From NCBI GenBank assembly GCA_002706065.1, contig PAJM01000017.1, positions 77,044-141,043 of the forward strand: a DNA stretch of 64,000 nt. Reading direction: 5' to 3'. This document shows, in pieces, positions 51,299 to 59,350 of the stretch. Origin of the DNA: Methanobacteriota archaeon. GTDB lineage: Archaea > Thermoplasmatota > Poseidoniia > Poseidoniales > Poseidoniaceae. The notes under the pieces were generated by a model. That model was given only the letters and a program-made list of their open reading frames with translations, ran no database searches and had not been told where the DNA came from. The first letter of the stretch is position 1; each line of letters starts with the position of its first letter. Made by a program: the position numbers and the translations under genes.

Positions 51299-53661
51299 GA
51301 CTCGTTGACCAATTCAGCGTCCATGACCGGTTGTGCACCGATGACGCCGGCTCGCTTGAATAGGGCGTAAATTATGTATCCGATTCCAACGTTGAGACCA
51401 ATGAATCCAGCCATTCGGCCAATGTACCATCCTGTTCCGTCCGGATCGGGAACGAGTGTGTCAATGAACGAGAGAATGCTTGATTCTGTACCAAAGAAGG
51501 CCTCTCCTGTGAGTAAACCTGCTGCAACCATAAACGTGCTGAGTAGGATAAGTGCACGCTTCTTTTCAGCAGCACTCGCTCCTTCTTTTTCTTTGATCGC
51601 CTCAACTTTTGGCTTGAGTTTCTTTTCTTCCCACTTGTCACGGCTGTATCCGCCAATGAGCATTGGAAGTGTGTGAGGTACGTCGAGGTACATTCCAAGG
51701 CCGAACGAAGTCCCCATTCCAGTGACCCATTCAACAAACATTCCAAGAATGAAACCGAGACCAAGAAGATACAAATCGCCTTGACCCTCTGCAAATATTA
51801 CTGAAAAGGTGGCGAAAGCATTTGCTTGCGGCGCAATCAAATCGATTCGTCCTTCAGCGAGTTGAATGGACAAAAAGATTGCAACTGCTGCACCGATGAT
51901 TGCCCCTGGAACAACACCCATGATGTTTCCTTTCGAAATATGGTACGGCCGGTTTCCGATGTAAAGGCTATTTTTGTAGTCACCAATGACCGTACCGGAC
52001 ATTGAAATTGCTGAACCAAAAACAGTCGTTCCAACAAGACCGAGAAGCACAGCATCTTGTTTGCTAAGACCGAGCGAGGATTCCATGTTCAGGAAAATAC
52101 CCAGAAGCATCAGCAAGACGATGAACGAGGTCCCTGAGACCGGTTCAATACCGGTTTCACCCATGACGCGAACTGCAATCGCACCGAGAAGGAATGTCGT
52201 TAGAATGAGAACAGTTGCAAAGATGACTGCTGCTGCAATTGGGAACCCTCCGATCCAGAAAATCAAAATCATGGAGAGGAATGTCAATCCCATGAAAATA
52301 GGAATATGCATGAGTGGCCACTCATACCATCCCTTACCTTCCATGTATTCCTGAGAACCTTCACCCTTGAACGCTGAACCAATGTCCTTGAAGATGTTTG
52401 CAAACGTACGCCACATCTTGGCAAGACCAAACATTCCACCGCCAACGATCGACCCGATTGCAATGGTTCGAACGGTCTTTGAGAATGCGATCATTTGCAG
52501 AGCTTGGCCGCCTTCTCTGGCATAGTCTTGAATTGGAACGTTTGCTTGCATTGTGGCATCATAGACGGGGAAGTTGCTGAACACAGCCAATGGAACGAGG
52601 AAGAACCAACCTACGAGCGTTCCCAAATTCACCAAAAACGCAACACGTGTTTTCATGAACCAGCCGATTGCAAACATCGATGGCGTGAGTGCAACACCAA
52701 CGTACGTGTAAGCGAACGGATTCCATGCGCTCTCCTCAGACCATTGCGTATACTTCTTTGAAGAACCGTCCTCATAAATTCCAGACGGCTGGTGAATCTT
52801 CCCTGCGCTGTAGAAGGATGCAAGTCCAACATCACCGACGTGCAGTGTCTCAGCAAGATAATCCATCACGGAGAGTTTCTTATCGGAGAGCCATATCAAT
52901 GGATACTCGATCAGGAACATTCCAATCATGGTAATCCCTGTCCACAGACCGATGGTTTTCAGTGACTCACGTGCGTGTTCGACCGCCCCTGTGTTGACAT
53001 CAGAGGCGATGTCGAGCATTTTCAGGGTCGCTTCAAATCCTGGCAATGGCAGAGGATCTTCAACAAGCCAAACACGACGGAAGATGATGAAGTACATCAC
53101 GCCGAGGAACCCTGCGAACATTGAAGCTACGATGGCGATGAATGCAAGTCTGAACGCTTCACCGTCCTCAAGCGTAATCAACGGGCCATCGGCCAATGAA
53201 TACTGGGCTTTCGACGCCAACAGGAAGATTGCAGGGAACGTGAAGATGAAACCTGTTGATGCATGCGTTGCTCCGGTTGTAGCTGATGTCGCAATGTTCA
53301 CTTCAGATGGAGACCATTTGAGAGCCATACCCAGCAGATAGGCGATGTACCATGCTGCAGAGATTGCCAATCCGAGTTTCAAGCCAATGTAAGCGGTTAC
53401 GCCTGAGAAGATTGCACCGATTGCAATTCCAATCATAACTTTGGAGGGAGACCAATGCGAAACCTCGAACGATTCTTGGAGGTTTTTCTCTTCAAGATAT
53501 TGCTCGAGTACACCCGTATTGAGGTTGTTGTACATCTCGTCGTCAAGCCAAGTGAGTGTCCCGTCTTCGATTGCTTTGAGACCTTTTGCAGTCACAGGCT
53601 GCCGATACGCTGAGCGTTGAACTGTTGAATCCGAAAGAGATTTCTCGTCCATGGTATACAC
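51295..53661 (-). CDS. OPT-family oligopeptide transporter
   Basis: 788-aa polytopic protein with N-terminal 'GAIFSGVTAYIGLKLGLAISAAW' and an overall OPT-like architecture. Confidence 0.8.
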   Translation of the reverse strand: MYTMDEKSLSDSTVQRSAYRQPVTAKGLKAIEDGTLTWLDDEMYNNLNTGVLEQYLEEKNLQESFEVSHWSPSKVMIGIAIGAIFSGVTAYIGLKLGLAISAAWYIAYLLGMALKWSPSEVNIATSATTGATHASTGFIFTFPAIFLLASKAQYSLADGPLITLEDGEAFRLAFIAIVASMFAGFLGVMYFIIFRRVWLVEDPLPLPGFEATLKMLDIASDVNTGAVEHARESLKTIGLWTGITMIGMFLIEYPLIWLSDKKLSVMDYLAETLHVGDVGLASFYSAGKIHQPSGIYEDGSSKKYTQWSEESAWNPFAYTYVGVALTPSMFAIGWFMKTRVAFLVNLGTLVGWFFLVPLAVFSNFPVYDATMQANVPIQDYAREGGQALQMIAFSKTVRTIAIGSIVGGGMFGLAKMWRTFANIFKDIGSAFKGEGSQEYMEGKGWYEWPLMHIPIFMGLTFLSMILIFWIGGFPIAAAVIFATVLILTTFLLGAIAVRVMGETGIEPVSGTSFIVLLMLLGIFLNMESSLGLSKQDAVLLGLVGTTVFGSAISMSGTVIGDYKNSLYIGNRPYHISKGNIMGVVPGAIIGAAVAIFLSIQLAEGRIDLIAPQANAFATFSVIFAEGQGDLYLLGLGFILGMFVEWVTGMGTSFGLGMYLDVPHTLPMLIGGYSRDKWEEKKLKPKVEAIKEKEGASAAEKKRALILLSTFMVAAGLLTGEAFFGTESSILSFIDTLVPDPDGTGWYIGRMAGFIGLNVGIGYIIYALFKRAGVIGAQPVMDAELVNES

Positions 53662-53763
53662 TCCCCGATGTCTCTTGGTAACGCGGACACTTGAATACAG
53701 TTGCCCTCAAGTTTTCCGATTTTTCCATCGTTGCGCAGGGTTTATGCCTACCGATTGTGATAG

Positions 53764-54228
53764 ATGCTCATGAGCGAAACATCGGGTGAAGCAAAACTGT
53801 CTCGACTTGGGGCACAAGATTTGAACAAAGATGGACGGATTATTAACCTCGTAATCGTAGGTTCGAGTCGGTTCTATGACTATTCCATTGTCGAGGAAAT
53901 TCTGGACCAATGGATCGAAATTGAAGGATACCCTGACTTGATCATCGTGGGCGGTGCGAGTGGTGTTGACTACCTTGCTGAGCGATGGGCTACAAACAAC
54001 ATCATTGAATGTGTAATGTTCTCAGAATTCTGGGACAAACCACGACCAGGTCTCAAAGATTCTGGGAGAGGTGAGGCTCCGCTCGAACTTACAGAAAAGC
54101 TTCTCGAAGCGGCAACCCATGTTCTTGCATTTTTAGGCCATGAAAGTAAATGGACAAAAGTCGTCGCCGATGAGGCACACCAACGAGGAATTCCTACTTA
54201 TGTCCATCATTTGGATGATTCAGATTGA
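53764..54228 (+). CDS. DUF2493/SLOG-family protein
   Basis: 'LVIVGSSRFYDY', 'LIIVGGASGVDYLAERWA', 'HVLAF' resemble the DUF2493 (YspA-like SLOG) Rossmann fold. Confidence 0.6.
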   Translation: MLMSETSGEAKLSRLGAQDLNKDGRIINLVIVGSSRFYDYSIVEEILDQWIEIEGYPDLIIVGGASGVDYLAERWATNNIIECVMFSEFWDKPRPGLKDSGRGEAPLELTEKLLEAATHVLAFLGHESKWTKVVADEAHQRGIPTYVHHLDDSD

Positions 54229-54938
54229 CGATAAACGATTTTTCGTGCAGGAATCCCTACCCAAATTTCCCCATCTGGGATGACTTTTCGTTTGGGAAGG
54301 ACAGCGCGATTTCCAAGTACACAATTTTCTCCGATACGTGCACCGGGCCCAACCATTGTAGCCCCACCTACGGTTGAGTTCTTGCCGACAACAATTTTCT
54401 CCAGTATGATGTTGCCTTTTTCGACGAGGTGACCATTGAGCGTTGCCCCTCCTCCAACGACGACGTTGTCACCCAATTCGACCAACGAAGGGTCATTTAT
54501 TTTTACAGAATTAATGTTGACATTCTTGCCAATTTTGCAGCCCGCCAATCGGTAATATGCATTCGCAAAGAACGAAGGAACAACATGTGTCAGGAAGGGT
54601 TGCGTTGAACGGTGTAGTTGTCCACAAATCGCCCACCGAATCGTTGTCATGGAGCCAAGCGGTGCAACGATTCGATCTTTGAATCGTAAGCGAATGAGAG
54701 ATTGAAGACTTCCCGATAGCAACAGCAGAAACATCCCCCACGTAAGGAGAGCAATCGATGCTGAAAATCCAATCAAACACAAATCCATCCAGCTCTTATC
54801 ACCAGGTCCAAACGAAGTCAGCCAATCAAAAACATAGAGGGCGGGTGCAACAGGCAAGCCCCAAACAACACCCATCATGAGAATTAGCACAACGGACATG
54901 AACGCCTGGATTTGGGGAAAGCCACGCATGGCATTCAC
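54207..54938 (-). CDS. Membrane-anchored hexapeptide-repeat (LbH) acyltransferase
   Basis: ~110-aa N-terminal region with 3-4 TM helices, then hexapeptide repeats 'GCKIGKNVNINS..VELGDNVVVGGGATLNGH..VVGKNSTVGGATMVGPGARIGENCVLG'. Confidence 0.75.
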   Translation of the reverse strand: MNAMRGFPQIQAFMSVVLILMMGVVWGLPVAPALYVFDWLTSFGPGDKSWMDLCLIGFSASIALLTWGMFLLLLSGSLQSLIRLRFKDRIVAPLGSMTTIRWAICGQLHRSTQPFLTHVVPSFFANAYYRLAGCKIGKNVNINSVKINDPSLVELGDNVVVGGGATLNGHLVEKGNIILEKIVVGKNSTVGGATMVGPGARIGENCVLGNRAVLPKRKVIPDGEIWVGIPARKIVYRQSESSK

Positions 54939-54941
54939 CTC

Positions 54942-56960
54942 TCATGCATCCTGTTTGTCAGACTCGGCACGTGCTCGAGCATCCTCTTCTTCAGCAACTC
55001 GAATTCCTTCTTCAATGTCAACACGACTTGTGAGGTAGGTTCCTGCGAGAATGACGATTGTAATAGATAAAATTGCAACACGACTGTCGAAGGTGGTACT
55101 TGCAATGGCATACAGCGCCGTTCCGATCATGGCTGCAGATTTTCCAAGGAAACCAAAGAATCCATAGAACTCAGACGCTCGAGATTTCGGTGTAAGCATT
55201 GAAAACATGGAACGGGCTTGCGCACCTGCGGACCCCATGGCACAACCAACGAACATCCCGAGGATAATCCATTGAAGTGAAACACCGAGGTTGAGAGGCT
55301 TCCAGACATTGTCCCTCATTGTTTCGGCCCAGCCATCGACAAGACCGCCCTGGTCTAGGATTGTTGGATGCTGATCACCGATTTCATCGGCTCCTGCAAT
55401 CGTTTCATTACCACCGATGATAATGATAGAAAATCGGTGTTCGCTTGTGTTGTCAAAAGCGTTAACGAGAGCCACGGCATCTGTTTCTGAAATTGACTTG
55501 ATATCTTTTTCTTCAACCTTCGCTTGGTCTGCAAGGAACGATGCACCGAAGATACCTACTGCCACAAGCAAAAATGCTGCAAAGAATCCCATTAGACCCA
55601 TCTCTTGATCCTGGATGAACTTTATACCCAATCCGAGCAATCCTACCATCGCCAAAATAAACAGACAGACGAGGAGACCCTTGCCGAAGGTATTGTCTCC
55701 TGCTTTTTCTACGGAGTAATCGGTCTCGGGGAAGTGGGCTTGGAAGTTGTCCCTGAAGGCTGCGTCACCTTCCGAATCTTCTGCAATCCAACCTTCATAT
55801 CCTCTGTCGTAGAGCGTGGTCATTTCATATACTCCAGTATCATTATTCCATTCAAATTTGAAGTCATATCGATCAGCGTCATCTTGGCCTTCGAGTTCGA
55901 GGGGAGCAAAACCAGCCGCTGTCACTGAAACAGCACAATAAATCAGCAACGCAACCATCAAAGCAAATTTCGTACCTTTCTTAGCCGCAAGTTTACCAAA
56001 AACAAACGTCATGGGAACTGCCACGACATTGACGGTAAGAAGCAACATAATGTTCATGCTGGGGTTGATTCTAAGAACCGACTCACCAAATGCGCTTGCC
56101 ATACTTGCAATTGTGTTTACACCATCGTAGAACAACAGGTAGGCAACGAGGAAAAAGGCAAGAACTTTGAATTTACGAATTTCCTTTGCCGTTTGAAACA
56201 CCTGGCCATAAGCAATTTTCGTAGCACCCACCACACGGGCAAGGTTGTTCTTCCCTAAACCATGCCATTCCAATTCGGTTGGGATATCTGGTTCGGGCGT
56301 CCATTTGAAAATCAAAGCACCAAAGCCCCACCACCACAATGCAGAAGTGGCAAAAATAACAGCCAACTTGAAATCTGTATCCAAATCAAATGGACCAAGC
56401 AAGAGAATGAGATGGAAAACCAAGAGAAGTGAACCGCCTGCAAATCCGTAGATGTAACCCCACGTGGACAGTTTATCCTGTTGGTCACGAGAACCAAGAT
56501 ACGGCATGAACGAATAATAGATGACGTTTCCTCCAGTAAATCCAATTGTTCCGATTGTGAACATAACAGCGAGAACGATGTAACCGTCCGAACCAAAGTA
56601 CGGAGCAGCTCCCATCAGAGCGCAGAAGACGATACCAGCCGCCGTATACCATTTGAGCAGCTTTTTCTTGATCGGCATCTTGTCGGCAATAACCCCAAGT
56701 GCAGGTGCTGTAATAACGACGAAAATCATGGAAAAGGTCAATATTGTAGCATAAAAGGAATCACCAGATTGTGTACCTGTGGCCTTGTTGTACAAATTTG
56801 CCATCAGTGCAGGAGCAATAACAGTCATCACAGTGAGTGCATAGGCTTGATTAGCCCAGTCGAAGAAATACCATCCTTTGATGGCCTTCTGTTCGTCTTC
56901 GCTCATCGATGACATGATGTCCTTTGCTGTCTTGTTATCTGCAATAGCCATCTCACTCAT
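54942..56960 (-). CDS. MFS transporter, UMF1/Atg22-like family, with two large loop insertions
   Basis: 'WYFFDWANQAYALTV' (UMF1 signature) and ~12 TM helices. 672 aa, with acidic soluble inserts at about aa 355-430 and aa 480-560. Confidence 0.8.
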   Translation of the reverse strand: MSEMAIADNKTAKDIMSSMSEDEQKAIKGWYFFDWANQAYALTVMTVIAPALMANLYNKATGTQSGDSFYATILTFSMIFVVITAPALGVIADKMPIKKKLLKWYTAAGIVFCALMGAAPYFGSDGYIVLAVMFTIGTIGFTGGNVIYYSFMPYLGSRDQQDKLSTWGYIYGFAGGSLLLVFHLILLLGPFDLDTDFKLAVIFATSALWWWGFGALIFKWTPEPDIPTELEWHGLGKNNLARVVGATKIAYGQVFQTAKEIRKFKVLAFFLVAYLLFYDGVNTIASMASAFGESVLRINPSMNIMLLLTVNVVAVPMTFVFGKLAAKKGTKFALMVALLIYCAVSVTAAGFAPLELEGQDDADRYDFKFEWNNDTGVYEMTTLYDRGYEGWIAEDSEGDAAFRDNFQAHFPETDYSVEKAGDNTFGKGLLVCLFILAMVGLLGLGIKFIQDQEMGLMGFFAAFLLVAVGIFGASFLADQAKVEEKDIKSISETDAVALVNAFDNTSEHRFSIIIIGGNETIAGADEIGDQHPTILDQGGLVDGWAETMRDNVWKPLNLGVSLQWIILGMFVGCAMGSAGAQARSMFSMLTPKSRASEFYGFFGFLGKSAAMIGTALYAIASTTFDSRVAILSITIVILAGTYLTSRVDIEEGIRVAEEEDARARAESDKQDA

Positions 56961-57081
56961 GGTATCCCTTGTCTTCTCATGTTCGACTTGGTTTATGAAA
57001 ACAACACCTGCACGGACATGAAGCGGAGAGGTTTGGTAACATTCAACAAATGTTCAAACCAAAAAACATCCAGCGTTGCGT

Positions 57082-58077
57082 ATGACCAAGACCTTTCCAA
57101 ACGTGTTGATTACTGGCTGCACGGGTTTTTTGGGGCGTCAAGTCACACAAGAATTCCTTTCACGTGGATACAATGTTCGGGGAACGACCCGTGCACCCAA
57201 GGAACAACATCAAAGCATTCTCAATGATTTTTCTGCGGGCGAAAGGTTTGAACTTCGCACGCTCGATCTCACCAAAGAAGACGGTTGGAGTGAGGCCATG
57301 GAAGGAATGGATGCCGTAATTCATACAGCATCACCGTTCTCTGCCTACGAACCAAAAGACGAGATGGACTTGATTGGTCCAGCCAGAGATGGAACCCTTC
57401 GAATTCTTCGAATTGGATATCAGTCCGGAATATGTAAGTATGTTGTAACTTCATCGACAGCAGCCATTTCTGGCGCCACCCCAACGACAAAAAATAAAAC
57501 GTATACAGAAGAGGATTGGACTGATTTGTCCAGAAACATATCCGCTTACACAAAAAGTAAAACATTGGCAGAGAAAGCCGCTCGGGATTTTGCAGCGTCA
57601 AACCCAGACATCTCATTGACCACCGTTAATCCTAACGTCATATTCGGCCCAATGCACAGTGGAAAGTCCGGTACATCACTGCGAATCATTGAATCAATCG
57701 TCAAGAGTTCCTATCCAGGATATCCAAAGATCAGTTTTGCACCGGTTGACGTCCGAGATGTTGCATGGATGCATGCCGAAGCCTTGGAACGCGAAGAACT
57801 TGATGGAGAACGATTGATGATGGCATCAACACCAATCACCATGCCACAAATTGCTCGCCACTTGAAAGCCTATGGCTACAAGGTTCGAACCATGGCGTTA
57901 CCAAACATTGTTGTCAAACTCATGGCAGTATTCATCAAAGAAGCAAGACTTGTGACACGAGGTTTAGGGACAACGAACCACTATGATTGTTCAAACACAA
58001 TTGAAAAAACTGGTTGGAAGTCAACGACCCACGAGGAGATGATTGTCTCCGCAGCCAAATCTCTTGGATTTCAATGA
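57082..58077 (+). CDS. NAD(P)-dependent epimerase/dehydratase family (extended SDR, aldehyde/dihydroflavonol reductase-like)
   Basis: 'VLITGCTGFLGRQV', 'VIHTASP', 'YTKSKTLAE' (YxxxK). Confidence 0.8.
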   Translation: MTKTFPNVLITGCTGFLGRQVTQEFLSRGYNVRGTTRAPKEQHQSILNDFSAGERFELRTLDLTKEDGWSEAMEGMDAVIHTASPFSAYEPKDEMDLIGPARDGTLRILRIGYQSGICKYVVTSSTAAISGATPTTKNKTYTEEDWTDLSRNISAYTKSKTLAEKAARDFAASNPDISLTTVNPNVIFGPMHSGKSGTSLRIIESIVKSSYPGYPKISFAPVDVRDVAWMHAEALEREELDGERLMMASTPITMPQIARHLKAYGYKVRTMALPNIVVKLMAVFIKEARLVTRGLGTTNHYDCSNTIEKTGWKSTTHEEMIVSAAKSLGFQ

Positions 58078-58466
58078 TCACGAATAATGATGTAACGGCC
58101 AAGTGCTTCTTGCCACATAATTTTCTGACCTGCTTCAATGTTCATTGAGGTCTCTGCACTTGGCATTGGCAAAATCATCATCGAGTAATCACGATCATTC
58201 ATGGCGTGAACTTCGTTGCCTTCCATGTGTGTAACGGTAGCAGTCCCCTTCTCAATCATTGGGACGCTGATGGAGTCTGTTACGGTGCCGACGTGGGAGA
58301 TTTTCTTTCCGGTGAAGATGCTTTCGAGTGATAGACGTGCTTTTGCAGATCCGTGCTTTCCTGGCTTGGACTTTGAAATGCTCAAAATCTTGTAAGCTTC
58401 GTCGTCAACAACACAAAATCGTCCAACTTTGAGAGTTCGAATTTCAACACGGTCCGTTCCTGGCAT
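58071..58466 (-). CDS. eif5a: Translation initiation factor 5A (aIF-5A)
   Basis: Hypusine loop 'SKSKPGKHGSAKARL'. 131 aa. Confidence 0.95.
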   Translation of the reverse strand: MPGTDRVEIRTLKVGRFCVVDDEAYKILSISKSKPGKHGSAKARLSLESIFTGKKISHVGTVTDSISVPMIEKGTATVTHMEGNEVHAMNDRDYSMMILPMPSAETSMNIEAGQKIMWQEALGRYIIIRDH

Positions 58467-58519
58467 GAACCTACGCTGTGGTGGTGGCTTAAGACAGTTC
58501 GGTTCTCCATGTACGGATT

Positions 58520-59293
58520 TTATAGTTCTCGCACATCGAACCGCTGCCCGGATTGTTCAAAGGTGTGGTTGACAATAAGATTGTGTAACTTTTTCGCAAC
58601 ATCAACTGGCCGAGTAAGTTGACCATCACGATGGTACCCTACGAACGATTCAACCATCGGAAAGTCCTCTATGGCTGAAGAACGGATTTCAAGTTGCATG
58701 TCGGTGTTGACAATCCCCGGTGCAATAGCAACAGACGAGATTCCGTCGCCCCTACCTTCCTCTGCAAGGCATCGCGACCACATATCAAGTCCGGCTTTTG
58801 AAATGCAATAAGCAGACCAAGAATGCAGAGGTCGCAATGCTGCACCACTTGAGATTGTTGTTACACGACATCTTCCCGACGCTTTCATTTTTTCATAGAG
58901 ACCCTTCGTGAGCCGCTGCACGCCTGTGATATTGACACGAATGTTCCGTTCCCACTCGTCGTTCTCGGCATCGAACATCGAACGAATCGGCGCAATCGTA
59001 CCAGCGTTGTGGACAATTCCATCGATTGAAGGAATCGATTCAAGCGCATGTAATGCAGAATCAATCGAATTGGTGTCAGCGAGATCACAGGCGATGGTGG
59101 TCGATGATGGTGAACTTGTTTGAACCTCTTTGCAAGCATCATCAAGTTCTTGCGAAGGACGAGCAAGTAGAATCACCTGAATTCCATCTGCAGCGAGTGT
59201 TTTTGCTATAGCCTTACCAATTCCTTTGGAAGCTCCTGTCACGAGATAGGTTGCGGCGCCCATGAAGGAAATGAGGTGGAGGCATCTAATCAT
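58520..59293 (-). CDS. Short-chain dehydrogenase/reductase (classical SDR)
   Basis: 'YLVTGASKGIGKAIA', 'NAG', 'SAYCISKAG' (YxxxK). The start is uncertain: ATG 59293, ATG 59263 or TTG 59314. Confidence 0.85.
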   Translation of the reverse strand: MIRCLHLISFMGAATYLVTGASKGIGKAIAKTLAADGIQVILLARPSQELDDACKEVQTSSPSSTTIACDLADTNSIDSALHALESIPSIDGIVHNAGTIAPIRSMFDAENDEWERNIRVNITGVQRLTKGLYEKMKASGRCRVTTISSGAALRPLHSWSAYCISKAGLDMWSRCLAEEGRGDGISSVAIAPGIVNTDMQLEIRSSAIEDFPMVESFVGYHRDGQLTRPVDVAKKLHNLIVNHTFEQSGQRFDVREL

Positions 59294-59320
59294 GGTTTTG
59301 AGATTGTTTTCCAAACAGGG

Positions 59321-59329
59321 GTATATTTA
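59321..59329. promoter_or_regulatory. Near-symmetric TATA-like element between the divergent SDR and photolyase-fusion genes
   Basis: 'GTATATTTA' is centred 26 nt upstream of ATG 59351 (+) and 32 nt upstream of ATG 59293 (-). This spacing fits leaderless transcripts in both directions. Confidence 0.3.
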
Positions 59330-59350
59330 CCAACGGTCGTAGTTCTGAGC

